From an uncultured bacterium (GTDB lineage Bacteria; Desulfobacterota_D; UBA1144; Nemesobacterales; UBA2774): a DNA stretch of 64,000 nucleotides. Under the pieces are notes generated by a model. The model was not told the origin of the DNA. It saw nothing but the letters and a program-made list of their open reading frames with translations, and did no database searches. The stretch lies in contig CAWGRW010000009.1 in the NCBI GenBank assembly GCA_963825135.1, forward strand, positions 1 to 64,000. Reading direction: 5' to 3'. Position numbers and translations under genes: made by a program. Positions within the stretch are counted from its first letter, which is position 1; each line of letters opens with the position of its first letter. This document shows positions 52,197 to 62,645 of the stretch, in pieces.

Positions 52197-55100
52197 ATGG
52201 AAGTTAAATCAGCTCAATACGGCCTCTTCAGCTTTTTAAGCCGCAAGGGTAAGGCTGCCCCCACGGCCGAGGACTGGCACATAAAGGGGAACGAGCTCAC
52301 GGTGCACCGTGATTTCCCGGGGGCCCTCGCCGCGTACGAGAAAGCCATAGGGCAGAGGCCCGATTACTTCTCGGCGTGGATCGGGAAAGGGAACGTGCTC
52401 GCGTCGCTCGACAGGCACAACGAGGCGCTCGCCGCATACGACAAGGCTGGGAAGCTCAAGCCCGAGCACCTGAAGGCCGTCGAGGGCAACGGATTCGTCC
52501 CCTATTACATGCGCAAGCGCGCGGAGTACGTCGAAACGTCGGCGAAGTCCCGTATGTTCGAGTTCGATTTCCACATGGCGTGGGTCGGCAGGGGCGTCGT
52601 GCTTACCGCGCTCGGCAGGCACGGGGACGCGGCCCTGGCTTATGAAGAGGCGGTGAAAGTCGATCCCGGATCCCACGCGGCCCGGATAGGCAGGGCGGAC
52701 GCTCTCTACGCCGTGGGCGCGCACGGCGAGGCGGCGGACGCTTACGACCGCGCTAACGCGCTCGTCCCCGACTTCCACCATTCGTGGAGGAGGAAAGGGA
52801 AATCCCTCTCAGAGCTCGGCAACTATTACGCCGCCATAGAGGCCTTCGACCGCGCCATCGGCATTAAACCCGACTACGAAAACGACTGGTACAGCAGGGG
52901 GTGCGCCCTCGCCGGTCTCGGCAAATACGCGGACGCCATAGAGGACTTCGACAGGGCGCTCGGTCTCAACCCCGGTTACGCGGACGCTATGTTCCGGAAA
53001 GCCCTCGCCCTCGCCGCCCTCGGCAGAAACGAGGACGCGCTAAAAGCGTTCGACGAGACCGTAAGATCAAAACCCGGACGCACGAACGCCTACATAGAAA
53101 AGGGCAGGACGCTCGCCCGCCTCTCGAGATTCGACGAGGCATTCGACGCATACGACAAGGCTATAAAGAGCAACCCGTACTCGCACCTCGCGTGGATAGG
53201 CAAGGGGGACGCGCTCGCCGGGGTCGGGAAATTCGAAGACGCCGCGAACGCCTTCGAGCTGGCACTGAAATTAAATCCGGACGATCCCGTCCCGTACGCG
53301 AGGAAAGGGGACGCGCTCTCCGGCATGAGAGAATATGAAGAAGCGGTCAAATCATACGACCGGGCGGAGGCGCTCGCGCCCGACGATGCGGACATACTCA
53401 CGCGGAAGGGAGACGCACTCACGGGTCTCGGAAACCTCGCCGGGGCTCTGACGATATTCGAGAGGGCCATCGCCGTCAGGCCCGGACACCCGGGCGCGTG
53501 GAGGGGCGAAGGGGACGCGCTCGCAAGGCAGGGGAAACACGGGGACGCGCTCGTGTCGTACCGCAGGGCAATCGAGCTCGACCGCGCCGAATACCGCGCG
53601 TGGACCGGCACGGGAGACGCGCTTCGGGCGATGGGGAATTATAGGGACGCCGTAACGGCCTACGACCGCGCGATCGAGGCCAACCCCGGATACGAGCCCG
53701 CCAGGCGCGGGAGAGGGGACGCATTACTAAAATCGGGACACTTCACCGAGGCGCTCGGTTCACTCGACGACGCGGTCGGGCTCGATCCCGCGTCCGAAGG
53801 GGCGTGGCGGGGCAGAGCCGAAGCGCTCGCGGAGCTCGGCGAACACGGCGCGGCCGCCGAGGCATACTCCCGCGCTTCGGGGATAAACCCCGGAAACTCG
53901 GATCATCTCCTCGGCATGGGCGGAGCGCTCAGCTCGGCCGGGAGGTACGGCGAGGCGGCGGGGGCCTTCGACAGGGCGCTCGCCATAGACCCCGCTAACG
54001 CCGCGGCGTGGAGCGGCAGGGGGATCGCGCTCGCATATTCCGGTAAATACGCAGAGGCTTCCGAATCGTTCGACAGGTCGCTCGCGCTCGATCCCGGAGA
54101 CGCCGCCTCCTGGAACGGAAAGGGCGGTGCGCTATTCGGCATGAACAAATACGGGGAGTCGCTCGCGGCGTACGATAAAGCCATAGAGCTCAGTCCCGCG
54201 AACGCGGCCGCCTGGAACAACAAGGCGCACGCGCTGTTCGGGCTCGGGGATTACAGGGCGGCCGAGGCGGCCTTCGTAAGGGCTTCTCACATCGAGGGAT
54301 GGTGGAGCGAGCCGCGCATTGGGAAGGCGAGCATGTACCTCGCTCTCGGCAATACGGCGAACGCATACGGGGCCGCCGAAGAGGCGCTTTCAGAGCTCGG
54401 CAGAAACGCGGAGCTCCTAGCGGCGAGAGGCTTCTCGGAGCTTTCCATGCGGGAGTACGGGAGCGCGGTCGAGTCCTTCCGCGGGGCGTCCGAATCGGAC
54501 CCCGGCAACCCCGCGCTTCTCCTGTGGCGGGCATACGCCTCGTACCTCTCTGCCGAAAAGAATTCCGGCTCCGGCGCGAGCATATACAGGGACAATATAG
54601 CGTCCGTGCTCGAAACGCTCGACAAGGCGCACCGGATGATCGCGCCCGAAGAGAAAGACGGGACGCTTCCTCCCTGGATCCCTCAGGAAAAGAAGAAGCC
54701 CGACGAAAAGGAGCTCGGCATAATGTCGGACATCCTGTATTTCAAAGCGCGCTGCTATTTCAAGCTCGGGGATTACGACAAAACCGTCAAAGCGCTTAAC
54801 GAATGCGCGCGCCTCGGCGCCGGGGACGAGAGAGACGTAAAGCGCGTCCTTAAAATCATATGGAAGAATTATTCGGCGCCTTCTCTCTGGAGGTGGTGGC
54901 TCGCCTCGCCGGTGAACCCATGGCCGAAGAGGATTTTATTCTTCTCCGTATCCCTCCTCGCCTCAGGCCTCCTGCTGGCCCATCCGCTCCTGGTCGAGCT
55001 GATCAAGCCTTACGCCTTAAACACGGCCGTATATATCTCCCTCGTCGCCGTCCTCATAGGGATACTCTTCATGCCGCTCACGGAGAGGACCAGGGAGACG

Positions 55101-55205
55101 GAGTACGAATTCAGCCTCGCGCCCGATCTGAGGAGAGACCCCGTACTCACTCCCGTCACCCTCGACGGCCACATCAAACGGATACGCCGAAAACTCCCGG
55201 CTTAA
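52197..55205 (+). CDS. Large TPR-repeat protein with two C-terminal TM helices
   Basis: About 20 W..KG.AL..LG...A..AY..A...P repeats. Confidence 0.95.
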   Translation: MEVKSAQYGLFSFLSRKGKAAPTAEDWHIKGNELTVHRDFPGALAAYEKAIGQRPDYFSAWIGKGNVLASLDRHNEALAAYDKAGKLKPEHLKAVEGNGFVPYYMRKRAEYVETSAKSRMFEFDFHMAWVGRGVVLTALGRHGDAALAYEEAVKVDPGSHAARIGRADALYAVGAHGEAADAYDRANALVPDFHHSWRRKGKSLSELGNYYAAIEAFDRAIGIKPDYENDWYSRGCALAGLGKYADAIEDFDRALGLNPGYADAMFRKALALAALGRNEDALKAFDETVRSKPGRTNAYIEKGRTLARLSRFDEAFDAYDKAIKSNPYSHLAWIGKGDALAGVGKFEDAANAFELALKLNPDDPVPYARKGDALSGMREYEEAVKSYDRAEALAPDDADILTRKGDALTGLGNLAGALTIFERAIAVRPGHPGAWRGEGDALARQGKHGDALVSYRRAIELDRAEYRAWTGTGDALRAMGNYRDAVTAYDRAIEANPGYEPARRGRGDALLKSGHFTEALGSLDDAVGLDPASEGAWRGRAEALAELGEHGAAAEAYSRASGINPGNSDHLLGMGGALSSAGRYGEAAGAFDRALAIDPANAAAWSGRGIALAYSGKYAEASESFDRSLALDPGDAASWNGKGGALFGMNKYGESLAAYDKAIELSPANAAAWNNKAHALFGLGDYRAAEAAFVRASHIEGWWSEPRIGKASMYLALGNTANAYGAAEEALSELGRNAELLAARGFSELSMREYGSAVESFRGASESDPGNPALLLWRAYASYLSAEKNSGSGASIYRDNIASVLETLDKAHRMIAPEEKDGTLPPWIPQEKKKPDEKELGIMSDILYFKARCYFKLGDYDKTVKALNECARLGAGDERDVKRVLKIIWKNYSAPSLWRWWLASPVNPWPKRILFFSVSLLASGLLLAHPLLVELIKPYALNTAVYISLVAVLIGILFMPLTERTRETEYEFSLAPDLRRDPVLTPVTLDGHIKRIRRKLPA

Positions 55206-55513
55206 ATTCCTTATATTATTTCTCTTTAATCCGTCATCCTGAACTACGTTTCCGAGCGTGCGCAAGAACCGGTCGCCATTGCCAATATAGCACTTCCTCG
55301 ATTAACCCCGGCTACATACTTATTAAAATTCCAGTTGTGAGAAATCTATCTTTACCCGTTCTTCCCGGGCTCGCCCGTCCCGAGCCCGTCGAAGGGTCTG
55401 CATTATTCTTCCCCTCACTGCGAGTGCAGCTAACGAAGTTAGCGGGACGCGGCAATCCCCTTCCCTCTTCTTTCCCTAATATTGCGAGCCGCGCAAGAGG
55501 CGAAGCAATAGTG

Positions 55514-55631
55514 GGGACATTACGGGATTTGCGTTAAGAAAATCGCCGTGTTTAAGCGTGAAAATCTTTCAGCTTCCCATTCGAAAGATTTTAGCTTCAA
55601 CACAAGATTTTTAGCACAATCCCGTAGTCCC
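55514..55631 (+). repeat. LH repeat copy 12 (most diverged)
   Basis: gggacattacgggatt...aatcccgtagtccc. Confidence 0.85.
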
Positions 55632-56005
55632 GAAAGATTTTTGCTACTTTTGATCTCCCAAAAGTAGAGAGAACTCCTGCCATTCGATAATCGCGCGAGC
55701 ATCATGCGCCCGCCCCTATCGCCGCCCCGTTCACCCCGAGCGCACACGTGCATGCAGTCGACGGATCGAAGGACGCATGCAGTAGCGGCTTAGAGCCGCG
55801 ATAATGCGCAATTTCAACTCCCGTCCGTAAATTTCCCGATATCCGTGAACCTTTTTTCTCAATCACCCCGTATTAATAGACGTTAATGGACATTGCTGCG
55901 GGTATTTCGCCGGAATCGTTACATGAAAATATTTCGCGTCCCTGAATCCATCCTCGTTGCAATAACAACTAAATAGACAAATACATTTTTTAAGGAGGCA
56001 GTAAA

Positions 56006-56281
56006 ATGAAGAAGTTAATAGTTGCAGGTACATTAGTAGCGGCCCTCGCGTTCCCGCTCGTCTCGCACGCGGAGGTAAACGCGTTCGGAGTGCAGCTCCC
56101 CGTGGGCGGGTACGAAGCGGGCGGCGGCGCAAAAGGCGGCTACGTGGCAGAGGACCTGAGCGACACGTTCCACGTCCAGACCCTCTCCGGCAAGAGCGAA
56201 ACCGCGCAGCCGGAAGAGACGGCGCGCGAGAACGTCTACACGGTGTCAGGCATTCATCTGAGCGGTGAAGATGCCATATAG
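56006..56281 (+). CDS. Small secreted hypothetical protein
   Basis: AGGAGG RBS, signal peptide ending SHA. Confidence 0.75.
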   Translation: MKKLIVAGTLVAALAFPLVSHAEVNAFGVQLPVGGYEAGGGAKGGYVAEDLSDTFHVQTLSGKSETAQPEETARENVYTVSGIHLSGEDAI

Positions 56282-56385
56282 TCCGTGCGCGGAGCGCGCG
56301 CAGACAGAATACAAATCGAAACGGAAGCCCGGCCCCGACCGGGCTTCTGCTTTTATGATGTGCGGGTGCGCTATCGAGCTTACTG

Positions 56386-59034
56386 TTATTTAGCCTTGTG
56401 GATCCTTACGCGCCCGGCGTTATCGGCGCGGACGACTGAATCCGGACCCTCTCCGGGAGCGCCCCGCCTCCGTCCGAACCCTGACATCAGAAGACCGGCA
56501 GCCGCGAGCACCGCGCCCGCCTTCACTGCGGCCACGTTGGCGACCACGAGGAAATCGAGGTGCGTCGAGAACCCGAGCACGCGCGAGACCATGACGGGCA
56601 TCATCAGTATCTCGTCGTTCAGCCTGCCGAGCGTCCGGTCGAGCCCGAACACGACGAACACGAGCCCGTAGAGCACGGCGAGCGACCCGGTGAGGAAAAG
56701 AATCCTGCCCGTGAGCCTCCTTATGCCGAGCGTCCCGCACGCGAAGGAATAAACGAGGTAAAAGTGCGCGAGCAGCAGTATCACGGCTGAGGACGCGAGC
56801 ACCGTGCGGAAACCGCCGCTCGTCCAGACGTTATACCAGAAGTAATATGGCCCCCTCACCGAAAGCACGGCGAGCACTATGCCTAGGAGCGCGAGCGCAG
56901 GGAGGAGCGAATACGCGAACCCCCCCTGTCCCCGGGAGCCGAACACCGTGAACCTGAGCCCGAGGAAATAAATGAGCGCGGGCACGCCGGTCGTCAGGAC
57001 GAAGAGCGGCGCCCCGAAAGACGTGAACGCCTCCAGCATCCCGAACGTGAACACCGAGAGGAAAAGCGGGGTCCCGATCCCCGAGCCCGCGTCCCTGCCC
57101 TTCAATACTACGAGCGCCGCGAATAGGGCCAGCACCAGGAGTAGCGCCCTCGACGTCCAGACCGTGTAATCGGTCCTCCCGGCCTGCGCCACACCGTTGT
57201 CGGCCATCTCGAAGTTATACGCGGGGAAATCGAGGTTCCCCCGGTACTTTTCCATGTGCTCCGCCTTCGCTTTCTTATATTCCATCGCCGAGGCCTTCCA
57301 TTCCCTCTCCCTCTCGTCTCCCCCCTTGTCGAGCCACTCGTAGAACCCGAGCGTGAACTTCTTGTGCCAGGCGAGCGTCGAGAACAGGTTCTCCTCGTAA
57401 TCGAGCGACGCCTCCATGCCCGGTATCCATTCCCTCCCCTTTTCCATTCCGCCCTCGACGGAGCGGAGTATGTCCCTCATCCTCCTCACCTCGGAGACGG
57501 CGGCGAAGCCGTCCCTGACCGCGTCGCCGAGCTCGCCGCGCGAGGCCTCGTACACGAGGCTCATCACCGAGGTCGAGCTCTCCATGAGGTCCCAGTAGCT
57601 GTATATCACGGGGGGGATCTCCATGCCGACCCCGGTCACCTCTTTCCTCGCGAACTGCGGGATGGTAAGCCCCTTCACGGCGGTGCCGTGGGACATCTCC
57701 AGAAGCTCGGTGAGGCCGTCCTCGACCTCCTTGCCGCCGCCGAACGTATTCCGCACCCACTCCCGCGTCCATTTCTCTACGGGCTCGCCCGGGTGCGCAG
57801 CGATCATCGCGGACGCGTAGACGTTGGCGTCGGTCCAGAGCCAGTGGCCGTGGAACGGGTATATCATCATCGGCCCCTGACGTATCGGCCCCCCCGCCTG
57901 CGTCCACACCCACACGCCGACGATGTTAGGGTTGCGCTCCAGGAACCCGCGCATCGCGTCCCCGTAATCGGGCCCCACGTAGTTGGGTATGACGTTGAAC
58001 GCCTCGAACTCCCTACGCGCCTGAAGCTCGACGATGCGCTTTTGCCTTCCGGAATAGAGCGTGGGGTTATAGGGGACGCTGTTCCAGAAGTCCCCCTTCG
58101 TCAGCTTCGTCGAGATAATAAGATTATCGGAATCAATATCGCCCAGTATGCGCTCGTAAACGGCGGGGTCGGTGTGCATGCTCCCGACCTCGCCCACCCC
58201 TACCGACCATGTGCGGAATATTATGTACTTGCCGTGGGCCTCGGCAGTCTTTGTAAACGACCTGAGCATCTCCTTCACGGATGTGACGCTCCTCACCATG
58301 AGCTCGCTCGTATAGTCCCATCCTATGCGGTTATAGAGCGGCCCCGCCTCGCCTATACGTATCATGAGCCCGTCGACGAGCGGCATGGTCTCGAAGAGCT
58401 CCGAAAGCCCCTCCGAGTAAACGCCCCAGAACCGGGCGCTCTCGACGTCTATACCTCCGGGCAGGCCCGCGAGATAGTGCTTGAGGGCGGGCGTGAGGGC
58501 GACCATGTCGGTGCTCAGTATGACGCGGAGGCCTTTTGCGTGCGCGTAGTCAAAGAACCGCGAGTAGAATTTCCGGAGCGCCTCGTGCCGCTTCCTCTCG
58601 ACGCTCCCTGCGGGATATACGTCCGTGCCGCTCCCGAGCCTGTCGAAGTCGACCAGCTCGAGGAACGCCTGGAACTCTATGGCGTTGAACCCGAGCGCCG
58701 ACATCCTGTCCGCGTATTCGCGGAACTGTGCGAACACGCGGTCGGCCTCCGCCGGGTCGACGAACGGCTCTCCCGAAAGGAATACTTTGTCGAAACGCCT
58801 CGTGTTATGAGAATAGTCCTTGCCCCAGCCCTCCGCGTCCGCCTCTATCCCCACCCCGCCCAGGTCGACCATCCTGAAAGGGAGCGGCGGCAGGTCTTTC
58901 GATGAGGCGGGCGCGGAATCCCCGAGGTCCTTGTCCTTTATGGATATGGCAAGGAATGCGTTTATCCTGCCGCCCAGGAACAGGCCCACTATAAGGGCCG
59001 CCGCCAGAAAGAAGAGCGTACGCGCTCGCATCAT
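56386..59034 (-). CDS. Putative glycoside-hydrolase-like protein fused to a C-terminal multi-TM domain
   Basis: N-terminal anchor, barrel-like soluble domain (RIGEAG, FRTW, ELQARREFE), about 8 TM helices; family assignment tentative. Confidence 0.6.
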   Translation of the reverse strand: MMRARTLFFLAAALIVGLFLGGRINAFLAISIKDKDLGDSAPASSKDLPPLPFRMVDLGGVGIEADAEGWGKDYSHNTRRFDKVFLSGEPFVDPAEADRVFAQFREYADRMSALGFNAIEFQAFLELVDFDRLGSGTDVYPAGSVERKRHEALRKFYSRFFDYAHAKGLRVILSTDMVALTPALKHYLAGLPGGIDVESARFWGVYSEGLSELFETMPLVDGLMIRIGEAGPLYNRIGWDYTSELMVRSVTSVKEMLRSFTKTAEAHGKYIIFRTWSVGVGEVGSMHTDPAVYERILGDIDSDNLIISTKLTKGDFWNSVPYNPTLYSGRQKRIVELQARREFEAFNVIPNYVGPDYGDAMRGFLERNPNIVGVWVWTQAGGPIRQGPMMIYPFHGHWLWTDANVYASAMIAAHPGEPVEKWTREWVRNTFGGGKEVEDGLTELLEMSHGTAVKGLTIPQFARKEVTGVGMEIPPVIYSYWDLMESSTSVMSLVYEASRGELGDAVRDGFAAVSEVRRMRDILRSVEGGMEKGREWIPGMEASLDYEENLFSTLAWHKKFTLGFYEWLDKGGDEREREWKASAMEYKKAKAEHMEKYRGNLDFPAYNFEMADNGVAQAGRTDYTVWTSRALLLVLALFAALVVLKGRDAGSGIGTPLFLSVFTFGMLEAFTSFGAPLFVLTTGVPALIYFLGLRFTVFGSRGQGGFAYSLLPALALLGIVLAVLSVRGPYYFWYNVWTSGGFRTVLASSAVILLLAHFYLVYSFACGTLGIRRLTGRILFLTGSLAVLYGLVFVVFGLDRTLGRLNDEILMMPVMVSRVLGFSTHLDFLVVANVAAVKAGAVLAAAGLLMSGFGRRRGAPGEGPDSVVRADNAGRVRIHKAK

Positions 59035-59293
59035 CAGGTCTCCCCGTCCGAACTTCCCCCCGCGGGACTGCGTATTTATTAAGGCCGGGTTAACCGGCCG
59101 TTAAGCGGAAATGAATTCGGAGCAGGGATTAATTATACAGAGGATTGGAGGGGATGATAAAAATCTTAACAATCGGAGAGTGCCGCACACGCCCTTGGGG
59201 GAGCGGACCATGCTCCGGTCCGCTCCGTTTTCAGGGCCGTGATTTCTTCATTTACGCGTTTCCCGAAATCAGGAGAACGCGGTTCGGAACACT

Positions 59294-59797
59294 TTACTCG
59301 GCGTTTTGATCCTCGGCGCTGCTATCGTCGGAAGCCGGGGGTGCGGCGCTATTATTTTCGGGTTTGCTGCCCGTGTAACTCTCGGGCGGTGCGCCTTTAT
59401 CCTTGAAAGCCTCGGGCGGCGCTTGTTTCTCGCTGACCCTCGGTTTCGGCATGCACGCGAGTATGCCGGTGGTCGTCTTCATGCAGGAGCCCGCTATAAC
59501 CGCGCCGCCTGTTATAGTCACGCTGCAGTCGTCCCCTTTATTGAGACCGTTGCAGGGCTCGGTTATCTCGGGCGGCGGTCCGTGGCTCTTGGTGACCTTG
59601 CTCTCGACGGCCTCCGGCGCCTGATTGGACGAAGGCTCCGCCGGAGTCTTGACCTCGGTTGTCTCCGTTTTCTCGACGGTCTCCTTCTTCTCCCCCTTAT
59701 CGGAGGAGCATGCCCCGAAATACAGTCCGGCGGCGATGAGAAATACCGCTATGGCCGCAGCCGGCACCTTTAAACCGGAAAAATAAGATTTGAACAT
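59294..59797 (-). CDS. Putative lipoprotein
   Basis: FGAC lipobox, low-complexity linkers, four-Cys motif (C...GD.C...GSC...LACMP). Confidence 0.75.
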   Translation of the reverse strand: MFKSYFSGLKVPAAAIAVFLIAAGLYFGACSSDKGEKKETVEKTETTEVKTPAEPSSNQAPEAVESKVTKSHGPPPEITEPCNGLNKGDDCSVTITGGAVIAGSCMKTTTGILACMPKPRVSEKQAPPEAFKDKGAPPESYTGSKPENNSAAPPASDDSSAEDQNAE

Positions 59798-60082
59798 ATT
59801 TAAACCTCCTGTTGCGCTGGTGCTGAAATTTTACCTGTTCGTACGGAATCTATACCGGAGTATTGCAGTATTGCTCGAAACTCACAGGACACGCCAGACA
59901 CAACGCTTATAGTCTATAGGGTTTTATCGCACTTTTCTTCATAAATTTTTTGATCCGGGGGAAAAATTATCCGCCCCGGCGTCACCCGTGCTCATTCGGT
60001 CAGAGGACGTTCCGGGCCCGCGGCATACGCAGGAACCCCGCTAACTTACCGGGATGCCGAGTAATTTTTAGGGCGGCCACCC

Positions 60083-61606
60083 TCACGCGTCTTCGCTCTG
60101 CCTCCCGGTGCGCATGAATACGAGCGCGAGGAAGAAGGCGGCCAGCACGACAGAGCCCGCGAAGTAGTATCCGACGGAAATGCTCCTTGCGACCGCCGAG
60201 TGGAGGTCCTCGACGAGGGCGGGCGATATGGAGGAAAGCTCCCTCAAGGCGTCCCCCTGGCCCTTGAGCGCGCTGTCTATGAGGGGCGCGAGCCTTTCCC
60301 TTACGCCGTCTGAGCCTCCGAACCCGTTAATGATCTTCGAGACCTCGCCCTTTTGAACAGTCGCCACGAGACCGCCTATGGAGGCGAGCCCGACCGTAGC
60401 CCCTATCTGCCTCATCGTCTGGACGACCCCGGAGGCCTGCCCCCTGTACTCGCTCGGGGCGCGGTTGAGCGCGTCCGTGCTCGTCGGGACCATCACGAAC
60501 CCTATACCGAACCCGAGCACTATCATGCCGGGCAGTATCAGGAGGAACTCGCCCCTTTCGAGAAACGGCGCCTGCGAGAAGAAGCCGAGCGCGATGAGGA
60601 AGGCGCCCGTGAGCGCCGGTATCTTCACCCCTACCCTGTCGAAGAGCCTCCCCGAGACCTGGGACATCGCGACCACGGAGAGTATGATGGGCATGATCGC
60701 GAGCCCCGCCTTGAGCGGGCTGAAGCGGAGGTTCGTCTGGAGGTATATCGCCCCGAACACGATGAGGCTTATCATCGCGAACTGGATGCAGAAGAGGAGC
60801 ACGTTGTCCATGGCGAAAGCGGTGTTCCTGAAGAGCCTCAGCTGTATGAGCGGGTCTTCGCTCTTTACCTGTATGAAGCAGAATATTTCGAGCAGCACGA
60901 GCCCCGCCGCGAGAAAGCCGAGCGTGAGCGGCGAGGACCATCCCCATTCGTACCCCTGCTGGAGCCCGAATACGAATGCGAACATGCCCAGCACGAGGAG
61001 GAGGGCGTAGACCGGGCGCACTCTTCCGCCGCCGGGGGCCCTGCCCGCGGGTTTCGAGATATAGGTCATGAGTATGGCAAGCGCCCCTACGGGGAGGTTT
61101 ATCCAGAACACCCACCTCCACGAAAGGTACTCGGTCAGGAACCCTCCCAGGAGCGGGCCCAGCGCGAGGAAGGCCTGCGCGACGCCGACGTATATCGCCA
61201 TCGCCTTGCCCCTCTCCCTTATGTCGAACGACTCTATCACTATGGCGGCCGAGGAGGGGAGCATGAGGGCCGCGCCCAGGCCCTGGAACACGCGCGCGGC
61301 TATGATCACCCCTTGATTGGGGGCGAGCCCGCAGAGAGCTGAGGCGGCTGCGAAGACGACGATGCCGGCGACGAACGCGCGCACCCTCCCGAACATGTCC
61401 CCCAGCTTTCCGCCGAAGGCGACCGTCACGGCGAGCGCGAGCACGTACGCGTTCACTATCCACTGGAGCCCCGCCTGCGACACTGCGAGGTCGGACTGTA
61501 TCCTCGGAAGGGCGACGCTCACGACCGTCTGGTCGACGAATATCATGGAGAGCGACCCCGTCATCGCGATGAGTGTGAGCCACTTGTGGGAATGTTCGCT
61601 TCTCAT
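60083..61606 (-). CDS. MFS transporter, DHA2 family
   Basis: DQTVVSVALP, GKLGDMFGR, GPLLGGFL...WRWVFWINLP. Confidence 0.95.
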   Translation of the reverse strand: MRSEHSHKWLTLIAMTGSLSMIFVDQTVVSVALPRIQSDLAVSQAGLQWIVNAYVLALAVTVAFGGKLGDMFGRVRAFVAGIVVFAAASALCGLAPNQGVIIAARVFQGLGAALMLPSSAAIVIESFDIRERGKAMAIYVGVAQAFLALGPLLGGFLTEYLSWRWVFWINLPVGALAILMTYISKPAGRAPGGGRVRPVYALLLVLGMFAFVFGLQQGYEWGWSSPLTLGFLAAGLVLLEIFCFIQVKSEDPLIQLRLFRNTAFAMDNVLLFCIQFAMISLIVFGAIYLQTNLRFSPLKAGLAIMPIILSVVAMSQVSGRLFDRVGVKIPALTGAFLIALGFFSQAPFLERGEFLLILPGMIVLGFGIGFVMVPTSTDALNRAPSEYRGQASGVVQTMRQIGATVGLASIGGLVATVQKGEVSKIINGFGGSDGVRERLAPLIDSALKGQGDALRELSSISPALVEDLHSAVARSISVGYYFAGSVVLAAFFLALVFMRTGRQSEDA

Positions 61607-61851
61607 GGGACCTGGGGGTAACGAGCCGGGTTTCAGAGGACTTAGGCCCGGTAAATGTAATTACGGCGCGTAAAAAGTCAACACGCACATATGCCCGCCG
61701 CCGGGGCGAAAATGCGGTTGTGCGACGCGCGGACGGGGAGCGATTTTTTTGAAATACCGCCCCGGTTTCTTGAATTTACCGGCGCATTGCTTTATAACTA
61801 GTGAAACATCGGCGGCAATCGCAAGCGGCGCCCGCCGCCGGGAGGTGCGAT

Positions 61852-62616
61852 TTGAAAGCAGTAGTCCTCAGTCTCATCATATTTACGTGCATAATCGGAG
61901 GAGCTGTTATCGGCATATTCCTCCGGGCGATACTGCCCGCGCGTCACCTGACCGACGAATCGAGGAACATGGTCACGCTCGGCATGGGAATAGTCGCGAC
62001 CATGGGGGCGATCGCCGTCGGGCTTATGATCCAGGGAGCGCAGATCTCATTCAGCGCCCAGCGCAGCGATCTCATAGATATGTCGGCCAAGATAGTCTTC
62101 CTCGACAAGCTTCTCGCCGATTACGGACCCGGGGCGGAAGGGGCCCGCGAGACGCTCCGCGGCTCCCTCGAACGCACGATAAACCAGCTCTGGCCGAAGG
62201 GCGGCTCGGGAGGCGCGATGATCGAGCCGCCCGAATCCAAATCCGAAACCCTGTATTATCAAATCCTGTCTCTTAAACCGGATGACGATGCCCGGCACGC
62301 GATACGCGACGAGGCGCTTTCGCTTACATACGACCTCGCGCTGGCGCGAGACTCGCTCGTAATGGGACAGAGCAGGTCTATTCCCGGGGTATTCCTTGTC
62401 GTGCTCGGAGTAATCCTCTTCTGGTTCGTCTCCATATTCTTCAGCTTCGGGCTCTACGCCCCGACGAACGGAACGGTCGTTGCGACGCTCATATTATCCG
62501 CGTTGGCAGTCACGCTTGCGCTCTTTATGATAATGGAGCTCAACAAGCCCTTCGACGGACTGCTGCGCATGCCGAGCGAGCCCCTCGTGGAGGCGCTGCA
62601 GCATATAGGGAAATAA
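61852..62616 (+). CDS. DUF4239 / bestrophin-like membrane protein
   Basis: TTG start after GGAGG; ELNKPF.G C-terminal motif; TM pattern. Confidence 0.8.
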   Translation: MKAVVLSLIIFTCIIGGAVIGIFLRAILPARHLTDESRNMVTLGMGIVATMGAIAVGLMIQGAQISFSAQRSDLIDMSAKIVFLDKLLADYGPGAEGARETLRGSLERTINQLWPKGGSGGAMIEPPESKSETLYYQILSLKPDDDARHAIRDEALSLTYDLALARDSLVMGQSRSIPGVFLVVLGVILFWFVSIFFSFGLYAPTNGTVVATLILSALAVTLALFMIMELNKPFDGLLRMPSEPLVEALQHIGK

Positions 62617-62645
62617 AAATCCCGGAACGGGAACCCCGCGCGGGG

